Below, one piece after another: positions 1-12,480 of a stretch of 64,000 nt of DNA. The DNA comes from the human T2T-CHM13v2.0 reference genome, Homo sapiens. Position 1 is the stretch's first letter, and each line of letters starts with the position of its first letter. The notes below the pieces were generated by a model. The model searched no databases, was not told the DNA's origin, and was given only the letters and a program-made list of their open reading frames with translations. The position numbers and the translations under genes were made by a program. The stretch is taken from NCBI RefSeq assembly GCF_009914755.1, contig NC_060936.1. One strand, given 5' to 3'.

Positions 1-285
1 GGGCCTACGGACAAGCCCTAGCTAACAGCCAGCAAGGAAGCAAGGACTTCAGTCCTAAAAATACAAAGAGCTGAATTCTGCCAAAAACAAGTATAAGTTC
101 GGAGACAGATTTTTCCCCCCCAGGGCTACAGACAAAAACTCAGCCTGGACAACCTTGATTTTAGCCTCATGATACCCTGAACATAAAACCTAACCAGGCT
201 GTGTTGGATTTCTGACCTTCAGACCTGTGAGCCAATAAATGGGCATTGTTTTAAGCCACTAAATTTGTGATAATTTGTTATACAG
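1..285 (+). mobile_element. MaLR MLT1-type LTR, 3' part (truncated by window start)
   Basis: Typical MLT1 3' end: 'gccaataaatgggcattgttttaagccactaaatttgtgataatttgttatacag'. Confidence 0.8.
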
Positions 286-478
286 GATCACAGGCTTCTG
301 CAAGTCTTATATCAACTTCTCTTTAGTCTTTCACCCTGAAAACAGGAGTCAGTTATGGGCTACGTTTCCTTAACCATATAGACACCAGATTGCTATTCCT
401 GAAACTGACAATTCTTGTACCCACTCTGAATAACGAATACAAAACAAGGTACTAAGTTGTATGTAAAGAGATCATTTG

Positions 479-802
<324 letters not shown>

Positions 803-911
803 TCAACTGCCTACCTCCTGTGAGAAATGAACTCAAATACACAGTAAATTCCTTCCAACTTTTCTTAGGTCTTTTTAAAAGGTGAAAGTAAGTGGTAACT
901 GCTGCTTCTTT

Positions 912-1584
912 TTTCATATTATTATACTTTAAGTTCTGGGGTACATGTGCAGAACGTTCAGGTTTGTTACATAGTTATACACGTGCCATGTTGGTTTCCT
1001 GCACTCATCAACCCATCATCTACATTAGGTATTTCTCCTAATGCTATCCCCACTAGCCCCCCAGCCCCCAACAGGCCCCAGTGTGTGATGCCGCCTACTC
1101 CTGTGTCCATGTGTTCTCACTGTTCAACTCCCACTTGTGAGTGAGAACATGCAGTGGTTGGCTTTCTGTTCCTGTGTTAGTTTGCTAAGAATGATGGTTT
1201 CCAGCTTCATTCATGTCCCTGCCAAGGACATGAATTCATCCTTTTTTATGGCTACATAGTATTCTATGGTGTCTAATGCCACATTTCCTTTATCCAGTCT
1301 ATCACTGATGCACATTTGGGTTGGTTCCAAGTCTTTGCTATTGTGAACAGTGCCACAATAAAGATACATGTGCATGTGTCTTTATAGAGTGATTTATAAT
1401 CCTTTGGGTATATACCCAGTAATGGGATTGCTGGGTCAAATTGTATTTCTAGTTCTAGATCCTTGAGGAATCACCACACTGTCTTCCACAATGGCTAAAC
1501 TAATTTACACTCCCACCAACAATGTAAAAGCATTCCTATTTCTCCACATCCTCTCCAGCATCTGTTGTTTCCTGACTTTTTAAT
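912..1584 (-). mobile_element. L1PA 3' end, 5'-truncated
   Basis: L1PA 3'UTR and ORF2 C-terminus in reverse; TSD tgctgcttcttt at ~900-911 and 1585-1596. Confidence 0.93.
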
Positions 1585-1609
1585 TGCTGCTTCTTTAAAC
1601 AGACTTGGG

Positions 1610-1910
1610 GATGGGTGCAGTGGCTCACGTCTGTAATCCCAGTACTTTGGGAGGCCAAGGTGGGTCGCCTGAGCTCAGGAGTTCAAGACCAGCCTGGGAA
1701 AAATGGCAAAACCCCATCTCTACCAAAAAAAAAAAAAAAAAAAACTGCTGGGTGTGGCGGCACAGGCCTGTGGTCCCAGCTACTTGGGAGGCTAAGGTGG
1801 GAGGATGATGTAAGCCTGGGAAGTGGAGGCTGCAGGGAGCCGAGAACGCACCACTGCACTCCAACCTCAGTAACAAACCTGAGACCCAGTGTCAAGAGGA
1901 AAAAAAAAAA
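1610..1910 (+). mobile_element. Alu (AluJ-type)
   Basis: Diverged dimer; TSD cagacttgg on both sides. Confidence 0.92.
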
Positions 1911-2926
1911 CCAGACTTGGAAAACAACCATATGTTCAGTGCAAAGTCTAAGTATTTGGAATGTGGGGATCATTGAAAAGGAATCTCTTCCAGTAGTTTT
2001 TCTAGAATATGTTTAGAATATGTTCCTATAGTTGCTCCCTATCTCATTCTCTTTCTATTCACTTACTGCAACACTACCATATTTTTTATAAAACACTAAT
2101 CTTATCGTGTTGTGTCCTTGCTCAAAATGACCAAGTTAAATGACCTTCAAGATAAAGTCATTCATTCATTCATACAATATTTCAGTGTGTACAATATGCT
2201 AAATTCTGTGTTAGTTGAAGTCAGCATTCTTCAAAGAAATTTAGTTTCCTTTTCTTAAACATATGCAAGGTATAACAGGCAACTGGGTTGAAGCTGTATT
2301 TTTATCACCACAATAAATATATTCTTATTTTAAAATTGATATTATTTTTGGTTGACAAATCATAATTATATTACATTTATAAAGTAGAATGTTATATTTT
2401 GATATATGCATATGGGTGTATAGCTATGCACACAAACACAGATATCAAAATGGATATATATAGATATCTATATGTAAGTAGATATAGATTCTTAAACCAT
2501 GACTAAAGGAATATTGAAATTATTTACTTTTTGAAACTAAGGTGACTGCCACTCGTAACAGATATGCTACTTTCTGAAATATTTCCAGATGCAGTTCCAT
2601 ATCATGTAAGTCTTATTCTTGCTGTCCCTAGATTAATGGCCTTTATCCTTTCAAGAGGAGGTTGGCCACCCTCTAGAACAGAGGGGCCACTAATCGGCTT
2701 TGAGTTTCAGAGCTAACCTTTGGAAATCTTAGATAACAAACTCGAATGACAGAATTTGAGAGTAAAAAGCAGTGAAGATCTCCAAGATATGTCCCTTTAC
2801 AAAACAAAAGCAAAATGCAGATCATAAACAGCCAGTGTGGGAGCTCTCACACACCTAGGGAGGAAGAAGAGAGAATATTGGGCAAAGAAAGAGGTAGAAG
2901 AGGGATGAAGAGCTCAGAGGCGGGGT

Positions 2927-3154
2927 TCAGGCTTCCTCCATATTGGTATTAATATTTGGCTTCCAGGGCAGTGGTGCAGAAGCCTGTGAGTGGCACAAAG
3001 GAATCCGCAGCCCTGTGGGCTGACAGTCCTCTTTCATTGACATTTCTTGGTGGCAGGAGTTGAGGGTGGCAGCGAGAGCACAGGACTGTCTGGGAATCCC
3101 TGTTTTTAGCCTTGTGTCCATCTAACCTGGTGAGAGAGAAATAAAAAGCCACCG
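2927..3154 (-). other. Candidate minus-strand exon start (tandem acceptors before 3154 and 3126) followed by a 64-aa short ORF
   Basis: Minus strand reads GTTTTCCTTCCTTTAG|CGG...GCTTTTTATTTCTCTCTCACCAG|GTTAGATGG; unique sequence; no transcript evidence. Confidence 0.3.
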
Positions 3155-3275
3155 CTAAAGGAAGGAAAACGTCTGGATTGACTGAGTTAAAGTTGGTTAT
3201 TTATTCCTCGTAGTTGGTGCCCATGTGCAGGGAAACTGAAAAGTCCTATGCTCTGTTCTGCCCTCTCCAGACCAC

Positions 3276-3312
3276 CACACACACACACACATACACACAC
3301 ACACACACACAC
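3276..3312. repeat. (CA)n microsatellite
   Basis: Visible CA run with one TA interruption. Confidence 0.95.
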
Positions 3313-3626
3313 ATGCATGCACAAAACAGAGGAAGACTGAGGAAGCCCTGGCATGGGGAGAAAAGGGGGAACCTCAAGTCCAAAGGCAATGGTAGGTCAG
3401 CAACAGATTCACTGGCTCAAAGTCCAGGTGGGGCCAATTGCATCAGCAGCTGATCCAACAAGGACAGAGCCCCTCAGGGTAGAGACCAGATTAGGGTGCA
3501 GAATCCAGGAAGGACACAGAGGTCAACTCAAGGACCAGCATGAATAAATGTGACAGCCCACACTCCCAGCCCTAGCCACAGTGATACAGCCTCCCCCAAA
3601 GATGGTTTCTTTAGTTGGGACAGAGG

Positions 3627-4114
<488 letters not shown>

Positions 4115-4228
4115 AACGGGGAAATGGAAAAACTAATAAACAAAGAGGATTTGACACAGCTATTTTGTGTTCACTTTTTATTCCCTTTCAACCTGCCCAG
4201 TAAGGTGAGGGGTCAGAAGCGAGAATAA

Positions 4229-4531
<303 letters not shown>

Positions 4532-5465
4532 GTGAGAATACATTATGGAAACAGCTCTATTTTTCTTTGTATATTAAAGTGGATGAACTTTGACCCCAAT
4601 AGATGTGTCTCAAAAATTATTACACTATTTTATCAAATATTTCCCTATTTAAATTACTCCAACCGCTTTTAAAAAGTCTTTTTTTTTCTTTCCACCTTCT
4701 CTAAGTATATCAGGTCCACTTCTTCCCATGCTATTGAAAATTACATGTTATCTCACTCAGCATACAAAAGGAACCAAGCACTTCAATTTCCTAAGATTCA
4801 CTAAGAAAGATGACCACTTCTACGCACTGCCAGCCTGAAGCGTATTTCCTAGCATCCTCTTCTGAAGTCTGCCAAAAAGATGCACAATCTAAAATCTAAA
4901 ACTGTCATAAATCTGAGATACTATGGCAACTTGCCTAATTTAAACTTTTAAAATGTGCGTCATTGCTCCTTTTACAAATTCCAAGAACTTTTGCATTTTT
5001 TATCTAACACAGAGGTACTTGTGGAGGTAGCAGTGTTGCATTGGAACCCGCAGCTGGAACCCATGGGCCTTATTCTCTGGGTTTACCAGTTAGCTGAGGG
5101 TTCTTGGATGAGCCACTTGATCTTTCAGGGTATTACGTTAATCACATGAAAGAGCTGGTTGACACAACCTCTAAAGTTCCATCCTGCCCTAATATTTCTA
5201 TCTTAAGTAGATGATAACTTCTGATGGCATCTTAACCTTGCAAATTCATGAATATAGGCACCAAAAAGCTAAACAATTTGCCAATCATGGTAGGAGAACT
5301 GGTAGCATGAAAAGACAGAGATGGTAAATGAGACTCAGATGGTCAATAATAATCATAAAAGCAAACATTTAGATATTTTATAGTAGCTCCTATGAGTAGG
5401 CAATGTGCTAAGCATTGTCATGTGTTACCTGGCTTAATTCTCAGAATGATGCTATGGGAGAGATA

Positions 5466-5467
<2 letters not shown>

Positions 5468-5507
<40 letters not shown>

Positions 5508-5771
5508 GAGTCTCACTCTGTCACCCAGGCTGGAGTATAGTGGTGCAATTAAGACTCACTGCAGCCTTGATCTCCTAGGCTCAGGTGATCCTCCCACCTC
5601 AGCCTCCTGAGTAGGGATTACAGGTGTGTGCCCCATGCCCAGCTAATTTTTTGAATTTTTTTTTTTTTTTGTAGAGATGGGGTTTTACCATGTTGCCCAG
5701 GCTGGTTTTGAACTCCTGGCCTCAAGCGATCCTCCCACCTCAGTCTCCCAAAGTGTTGGGATTACAGGCAT
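5468..5771 (-). mobile_element. AluJ-type, lacking ~18 nt of its 5' end
   Basis: Poly(T) then reverse Alu with J-type features (gcagccttga, ctcaagcgatcctccc); stops at 'attacaggcat'. Confidence 0.93.
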
Positions 5772-5778
5772 AATCTCG

Positions 5779-6006
5779 ACATGGCCCCACTGGGCCAGCC
5801 ATCCTCTGCCCTAAACGTCTATCTTTGATGCATTTCTCCTCTTACAGATGTAGATTTGTCATGTTCCGCATCATTCATCTGACTGAAAACCAATATGCCA
5901 ACTACAGCCCATACTGTGTACTACAGCAAAAGCACACTGCTCTTATCCATTGGAATATGGCTCCACAATCAAAAGTTTAATTTTTGCTCCTTTCCAACAT
6001 ACACTG
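5779..6006 (+). repeat. 228-bp direct copy of unique sequence 7657-7882
   Basis: Aligns end to end (acatggcccc...caacatacactg) with 13 substitutions and one 2-nt indel by hand count. Confidence 0.97.
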
Positions 6007-6469
6007 ACAGGGAAAGGTACTTTTATTGTATTCATTTTATAGATGAGAAAACTGGCACAGAGAGATTAAGAAATGTGCTCAAGTTCACACAGCTAGAAAG
6101 TCTTCAGCTAGCTCTGCTCCCCCATTCATTGCATCCAAAACAATTCCATTAAAACATAATGAAAAGTGCATGACAAACAAAATTCTAGAATCACTGTACA
6201 TTACAAATATTTAACATAACCATTTCTGAAACTAAAACTAACTAAGAATGCAGAAAAATGTTACTGAAAATTTACTTTCATGAGGTATCAGTGCATAGAC
6301 GCAAAGTTGAAATTGGAAGACATAATCATGTGTTCATTTTATTCTAAAGATAAGAAAAATGAGTTGACTTAGGGTAGTGGCAGGACTGTGCCTGGAACCC
6401 AAGTACCCTCTTTTCCAGCCTCGTGCTCCTTCCACTGTTTTCCTAATACATATTTTTGGAAAGACAACA

Positions 6470-6645
6470 GGAATTCCTGTTCTCATTCACTAGCTGTATA
6501 ATCTCTTGCCTCAGTTTCCACATCTGTAAAGTCTGAGAAACAATAATACCTACTGCATGTGGTTGTTGGGATCCTCACATCAAACACTTAGAACCATCCC
6601 TGGTACCCAGTAAGCCCCTAATGAGTGCTGGTCTTCATTATTACC
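6470..6645 (+). mobile_element. MIR
   Basis: gcctcagtttccacatctgtaaa...aataatacctact core. Confidence 0.75.
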
Positions 6646-7573
6646 ACAATAGCAATAGAACATTTGGAAAATCAGAAGGTCAAAAAGTCAAGAGCCACTC
6701 AACAGCTTGGCAAGGAGAGCATAAAAGGCATGTAAATCGCATATGAGGTATTCCAGACTTTTCATGTAAAAACTCCATTCCTTACTCGCCTAAGCACACC
6801 ATGGAAACAACAGAGGTAAATAAATTGTTGTGGGGACTAGAGATGCAGAAATCCTAAAAGAAGTAATTTTACTGGCAAAGTTTTAGGTAGAATTCCTAGC
6901 TTCCAGCCTTAGCTTCATCATTGATAGTTGAGCTGTGGAAAGTCAAATTTCGTCTTTGTGTCTCAGTTTCCTTCTTAGAGCTTCCCTATCCAGGGATACT
7001 TTTCAAAGTTTCTCAAATTTCATTAATAACCGGGGTCTAAAAGGAGATTCCATATATTAATTTTAAAAATTCTAACCAAATGAACAATGTACAATCTTGA
7101 TTCCCAAAACTTTTCTTCATTCTATTTTGCATCCGATTTCCTGCCATTATTAACTCGGTTCTGATTATAGAAAAACATACATAATTTGCAATTCAAACAG
7201 TCTTTAATCTTAAAAGGGTTTCCATTGTGGAAGAGAGAACAAGTTCCCCTAGCTCTGTCCTTGGCATAGCCCATCACTTGCTCAAGGGATCTTAACTCAT
7301 AAAGGAGGAGCACTGTATAGCTTTAAAATGACTTCATTCCCATATTTACATATTTTTAATAGGGCTATGATGAATCTCCTTCCGCTTGACTCCTATTTTG
7401 AGCTGTGATATTTTAATCTCCATTCTTGCTGCAACTTAGCAGATGAATGTGCAGTGTGACAGAGCTCAGAGGAAATAGTATAAATAAAGCAAAGTGGAGC
7501 TATGACATCTCACATTTTATAGCTTTTTTATTGTAGCCGAAGCATAAACAGAGCACAGCTGTGTTATACTTAC

Positions 7574-7882
7574 CGCTGTGAGCACTCCCTCAATCCGCAC
7601 CCCCTGTTGCTTTTAAAAAGACAGTGCTCTTATTCAAAAAGCTTTGGCTGTGGGTAACATGGCCCCACCGGGCCAGCCATCCTCTGCCCCAAACCTCTAC
7701 CTTTGACGCATTTCTCCCCTTACAGATGTAGATTTGTCATGTTCCGCATCATTCATCTGACTGAAAACCAATATGCCAACTGCAGCCCATACTGTCCTAC
7801 AGCAAAAGCACACAGCTCTTACCCATTGGAACACGGCTCCACAATCAAAAGTTTAAATTTTGCTCCTTTCCAACATACACTG
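7574..7882 (-). other. Candidate non-coding first exon of a minus-strand transcript
   Basis: Inr-like TGCA+1GT at ~7881; donors TGG|GTAAGA (7823/7822), AAG|GTAGAG (7701/7700), GCG|GTAAGT (7574/7573); CpGs retained; no ATG-initiated ORF found running through the 7574 donor. Confidence 0.45.
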
Positions 7883-8189
7883 CACCCAAATAATTTATGC
7901 ACCCTCTCTTACTAGGAGACAGGAAATTAGCTGAAAGTATTCAAAACAGTGCACTCTCTTAATGAGAGCCCCCTTTTAAAATGAAGAAGTTGTATTTCTC
8001 ACTTTCAAGTTAACTCTTAGTCATGTTTGAGTGAAAGTTGGAAATGCCAAAAAGGCCAAATAGAGTGAAAGTTAAAAGAGTGGTGTTGAGATGAACAAAA
8101 TAATTCTACGTGCTAATGCAATCATCAGGTTTTAGAATGTTTCAGGCTGGTTACGTATTTCAATCATTCTGAAGAAGACAGTATGACGG

Positions 8190-8580
8190 ATAGCATGCAC
8201 CCTCTATCCCCTAGCAATTGAGATTATATAATATGGCTGATTTGTCCAGAACAGGCACCTGATCTAATCCAAGCCAATCAGAGTCTTTCCTTAAGATATC
8301 TGATTTAAGGAGAATGGATAAAGCAGTGAGCTATAAAATTCCAGTGCTGTCATCAATGGTGACATTTCCTCCCATATGGAGAAATCTCTATTGCAGCAAG
8401 AAAGAGTGAAGCCGACATTCAAAGTGACACAGAGACAAGAGAAAGGGATCAAGCCCTGACAAAGTGTGACTCCCGGGTTCCAACTGTTCCTGAGGCCCAA
8501 CTACATTCCTGTCCTTTCCCCTCCTTGGTTATTTGCCTTCCTTGTATTCCTTTACCCAACAAATTCCAGGCTTATTTCTT
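8190..8580 (+). mobile_element. Old MaLR LTR (MLT1K/L-like)
   Basis: aagccaatcagagtctttcc...gaagccgaca...ccaactgttcctgaggccc motifs. Confidence 0.6.
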
Positions 8581-10769
8581 AAACTTCCTCAAATCGGATT
8601 TTTACCACTTTAAAAAAAAAAAAAGAGTCCTAATTATTACACCTTCCAGAAGATTCTTTTTTTTTTTTTTTTCTTCAGATGGGTTTAGATTTATTCTTCC
8701 TTTTTCAAATACCACCACACTATTTATGGGAGGGAGGGAAAACCCTCTGGGCTTGTAGAGGAATGTGTAATGAAAATTCAAAAGACACATGCATCCAAGT
8801 GAAAAGAATATAGGGGCATAGTAGCCTATACACCAGTGAAGTGAAATGAAAGACAGGAAGATTGATTTGCATCATCATTAACATGGAGGGAGAAAAGCAC
8901 AAGAACACAATAACTGCAAGAACCACCTCCATTGACACACGTAATTGTTTCGAAACAACAGACTCAACTGGGCTAACATAGGGGCAAAGTTGGTATCCCA
9001 AGCTTCTCAGCTATCTATCCGCCCAAAGTTGCTCTTCTGCCAAGCTCATTGTTTACCAAGCTGCCAGCCCAGCCCAGGGATCTGATTAGCAATTTGCACT
9101 TTTGTGAGAGGATTAACAGAATTCCTTTGTTTTGATGTCGGATTATCAAACTGCATCTTTAAAGAGGTGTGACCTCATCCAGATTCATAAGCCTGCTCCC
9201 TTGAGAATGACTTGAATTTTACTCCACTTGCGCAACATATAATTTCATAAAGGAGTTACTGTCAAAACATGGTACTCAATTCTTGATGTGTGTGAAGAAG
9301 CACATTTGTAATGTAAATAACCTCAGAAGTTTTGTGATATTTTAAAATAACCCATCTGGTGGGAAAACAAGGATTTTCAACCCATTTGGTTCCAGCACTA
9401 GTAAATTAGTGTGCCTCTAACTCATAGAACCCAGAGATAAACTCCATCCCTGGGCTGAGCCTCATGTTGCTTTTATTTTAAAGGGCAAGTATTTTAATTG
9501 TCCCAGAGTTCTTGATATATTTTTTTTAAAGGAGGGCACAATGCATAAGTGAGTAAACTGAGGAAAACCAAAGAATTTGGCTGCAAAGTGACAATGATAT
9601 CAAATCATCTACAGCATAGTTCATATGAAAAAGGAAAATCAAATCAGAGTTTTGTATTTCTAACTGTATTCTGCAACAGTCAGCTAATCAGAAAAAGAAG
9701 TCCCTAAAATCTCCATCCAAATTTGAAACAAATAAAATTTCCAAGGGGGGCATCTATAGGGCAAGATGCAACAAATTAAGTGCAGACTTTGCACTACTGT
9801 AATCCTTACTTGAGGGGCACTCCTGAATAGAATGAAAAAGAACAGTGTGGCCTACGGAGGGCATGCATTACTAGTGTGAAGACCTTATCTTTGGAAGTAC
9901 GTAAAAGCACAGCCTGGCCATGACAAATGCCCAAAACGCCAGACACGGCTGCAGATCAAGTTGTGGCTTTACTCATTGACCAACGAAAAACCAAAACAAC
10001 AAAACAATAAAAACATTCTGTTTCACAAAGAGGAAACAAGTATAATTAAATATGTATATTTACTTTTAATATCAATTAGACTGTTAACCTAAAGTTGATA
10101 GATTTTAGAATGTTTCTTTCAGTTAGCAAACTTTCAATTATACAGTGAGAGTACTAGGCAGGCCCTGATAAATAAGGCAGAAGGTGTGTTTGTCTGAAAG
10201 CATAGTACATACACACATGTCTGTTACATCAATAGTTCTTAATGGGTGGTTGTGTGGATTAATTAAATCACATGGAAAATAGTTTTTAAAATACCCAAGT
10301 CACGTATTCCCACCTTATAGCCAGTGGATGGGGTGAGAGCATATTTTTCTAAAAAAATCTCAATTAGTATTCAATGAATGCCTCCTTAAACAGCTCTCTC
10401 TTATATTTAGAAATTGCCCTTCTACGTGGATTATTTCCTAGTCTTGCCTTACTCGTGAAATTGGAGAAGTCTTTAAAAAGGTGGATCATGTCTCTTATGA
10501 GCCTCATACAGTGACCCACACATAGTTTTTTGTTCAAATATCAAGTTGGATAAATAAATTCAAAAGACAGTGGTTAATTAATATAGATGTGATAGATGTA
10601 TCTTAGCAGAGAAAAACTTCAGGGAGAGTAGGAATGAACACTAAAAATAACTAAGAATTTGACTTTAACCCCAAAGCTTCCTACATGGAATTCAAAAAGA
10701 AAACAATGTACATTATTTATGACTTCTCTGACCATAAATACAGAACACCAGCCAAAATCGGCCTGAGAT

Positions 10770-11780
10770 TATTCATGTATGCAACAAGTATTGTTCCATT
10801 TGCGAGGAACTATCCTGGGCTCTAGAGATAGACCAGTAAACAAAACAGAACAAGTTCCTTGCCCTCACGCAGCTAATATTCTTAGGGAGATCAAAAACAA
10901 ACAAGATAAATGAACATATGTATATACACACATTAAGTTAGGGAAGTGCTAAGGAGAAAAATTAAAGTAGGGAGAAAAGCAAGTCTTTGGTAGTAGAAGG
11001 GAGGGCCTCCGTAAGAAGCTGCCATTTGAGTCAAGATTGGAAGAAAGTGTTGGAATGAGTCACGCGGTTAACAGAGCAGAGACCACCACAGGCTGAAGGA
11101 ACCTGGAGGAGAGCAAAGGCCCCAGGAGAGTTGGTGGCTTCCACCACATAGGAGAAAGAGCAACGGGCAGTATGGTAGTATGGTAGGGAGGAAAATGGCG
11201 GAAGGGGAAGTCAATGAGGAAAGGGGGTATGGAGGAAAATGGCGGAAGGGGAAGTCAGTGAGGAAAGGGGGTAAGGGCTGACTCTGCTCCTCAAGGGTCA
11301 TAGTAAGGACTCCCCTGAGGTAGGAAGCCATTGGAGGTCACTGAGCACAGGATGACATCTGACTAATCTGATTTACACTTCAAAGGTTCACCCTGGCCAC
11401 GATTTGTGAGAAGACTAAAAAGGAGCCAGTAGAGGAGAAGTCCAGTTAGGAGCCTATAGCCACAATGAGAAATGATGGTGGCTTGACCAGACAGGAAATA
11501 GCGGAGGTGGTGAGAGGTGCTCAGATTCTGGAACTATTTTGAAGGTAGTTTTGTTGAGGCGTTAGATGTACAGTAAAAGCAAAAGAGAGGAGTCAAGGAT
11601 GATAATGAGGTTTTGGTTCTGAGCAATGGGAAGAATAGATTTACCCTTAACTAAACAGAAGACTTCAGGGAGAGCAAGTCTGAGGGACACATCAGGATAC
11701 CAGTTTTGCATGTGCCAAGCAGAGCTATCAGGTAGTCATGTGGATACGTGTGTCTGGAGTTTAGAAACGAGGTTGCAATG
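10770..11780 (-). mobile_element. L2 3' region
   Basis: Reverse L2 tail (attcatgtatgcaacaagta...gttccttgccctcacgcagct) through ggagtcaaggatga...ctgagcaatgggaag. Confidence 0.85.
11187..11273. repeat. 44-bp tandem duplication, purine-rich
   Basis: ggaggaaaatggcggaaggggaagtcaRtgaggaaagggggta twice, one mismatch. Confidence 0.95.
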
Positions 11781-11859
11781 TAAAAGAAATGTATATCCCC
11801 AAATAAGAGTTGTCCTAGCTCTGACCACTACAAGTGGCAGGTTCCAAATGAGTATATAT

Positions 11860-12003
11860 GTATGTATTTATTGATTGTGATTGATTGAGAATGCGATCTC
11901 CCTATATTGCCAAGGCTGGTCACCAACTCCTGGGTTCAAGCTATCCTTCCACCTCTCCCTCCCTAACAGCTGGGATTATAGGTGTGAACCACCCCGCCTG
12001 GCC
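11860..12003 (-). mobile_element. Alu monomer (FLAM-like)
   Basis: Single reverse Alu arm; TSD caaatgagt on both sides. Confidence 0.8.
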
Positions 12004-12480
12004 CAAATGAGTCTTTATTTAAAAGATACAGCAGAATTGACAGTGTCTTTGATGATGGTCTTTAAAAATCACAACTACCTTTATGTAACGATTTGTTTTT
12101 AATAGAGACAATTCCTTAAAGCTAATTCTATACAGATAAATCATAAGGAACTAAATTCACTGTCCACATATGTAGTTACATGGGTCCTCCCTTATCCATG
12201 ATTTTGCTTTCTGTGGTTTCAACTAACTACAGTCAACCACAGTCCAAAAATCTTCAATGGAAAATTCCAGAAATAAACAATTCATAAGTTTTCTATTGTG
12301 GGAGTAGCATGATAAAATTTTCCTGCTGTCCCACTCTGTCCTGCCCAGGACATGACTTCTCCCTTTGTCCAGCAAATCCCCACTGTCTATGCCACCTGCC
12401 TGTTAGTCACTTAGTAGCAGCTTGGTTATCAGATCCAGCGTCATGGTATCACCATGCTTCTGTTCAAGAAACCCTTATGG

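Larger units (their letters stand above)
5345..6110 (-). mobile_element. MIR split by the Alu + captured-sequence insert (halves ~5345-5467 and ~6010-6110)
   Basis: ...caatgtgctaagcattgtca...ttctcagaatgatgctatgggag | gggaaaggtacttttattgtattcattttatagatgagaaaactggcacagagagattaag (MIR core). Confidence 0.8.
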
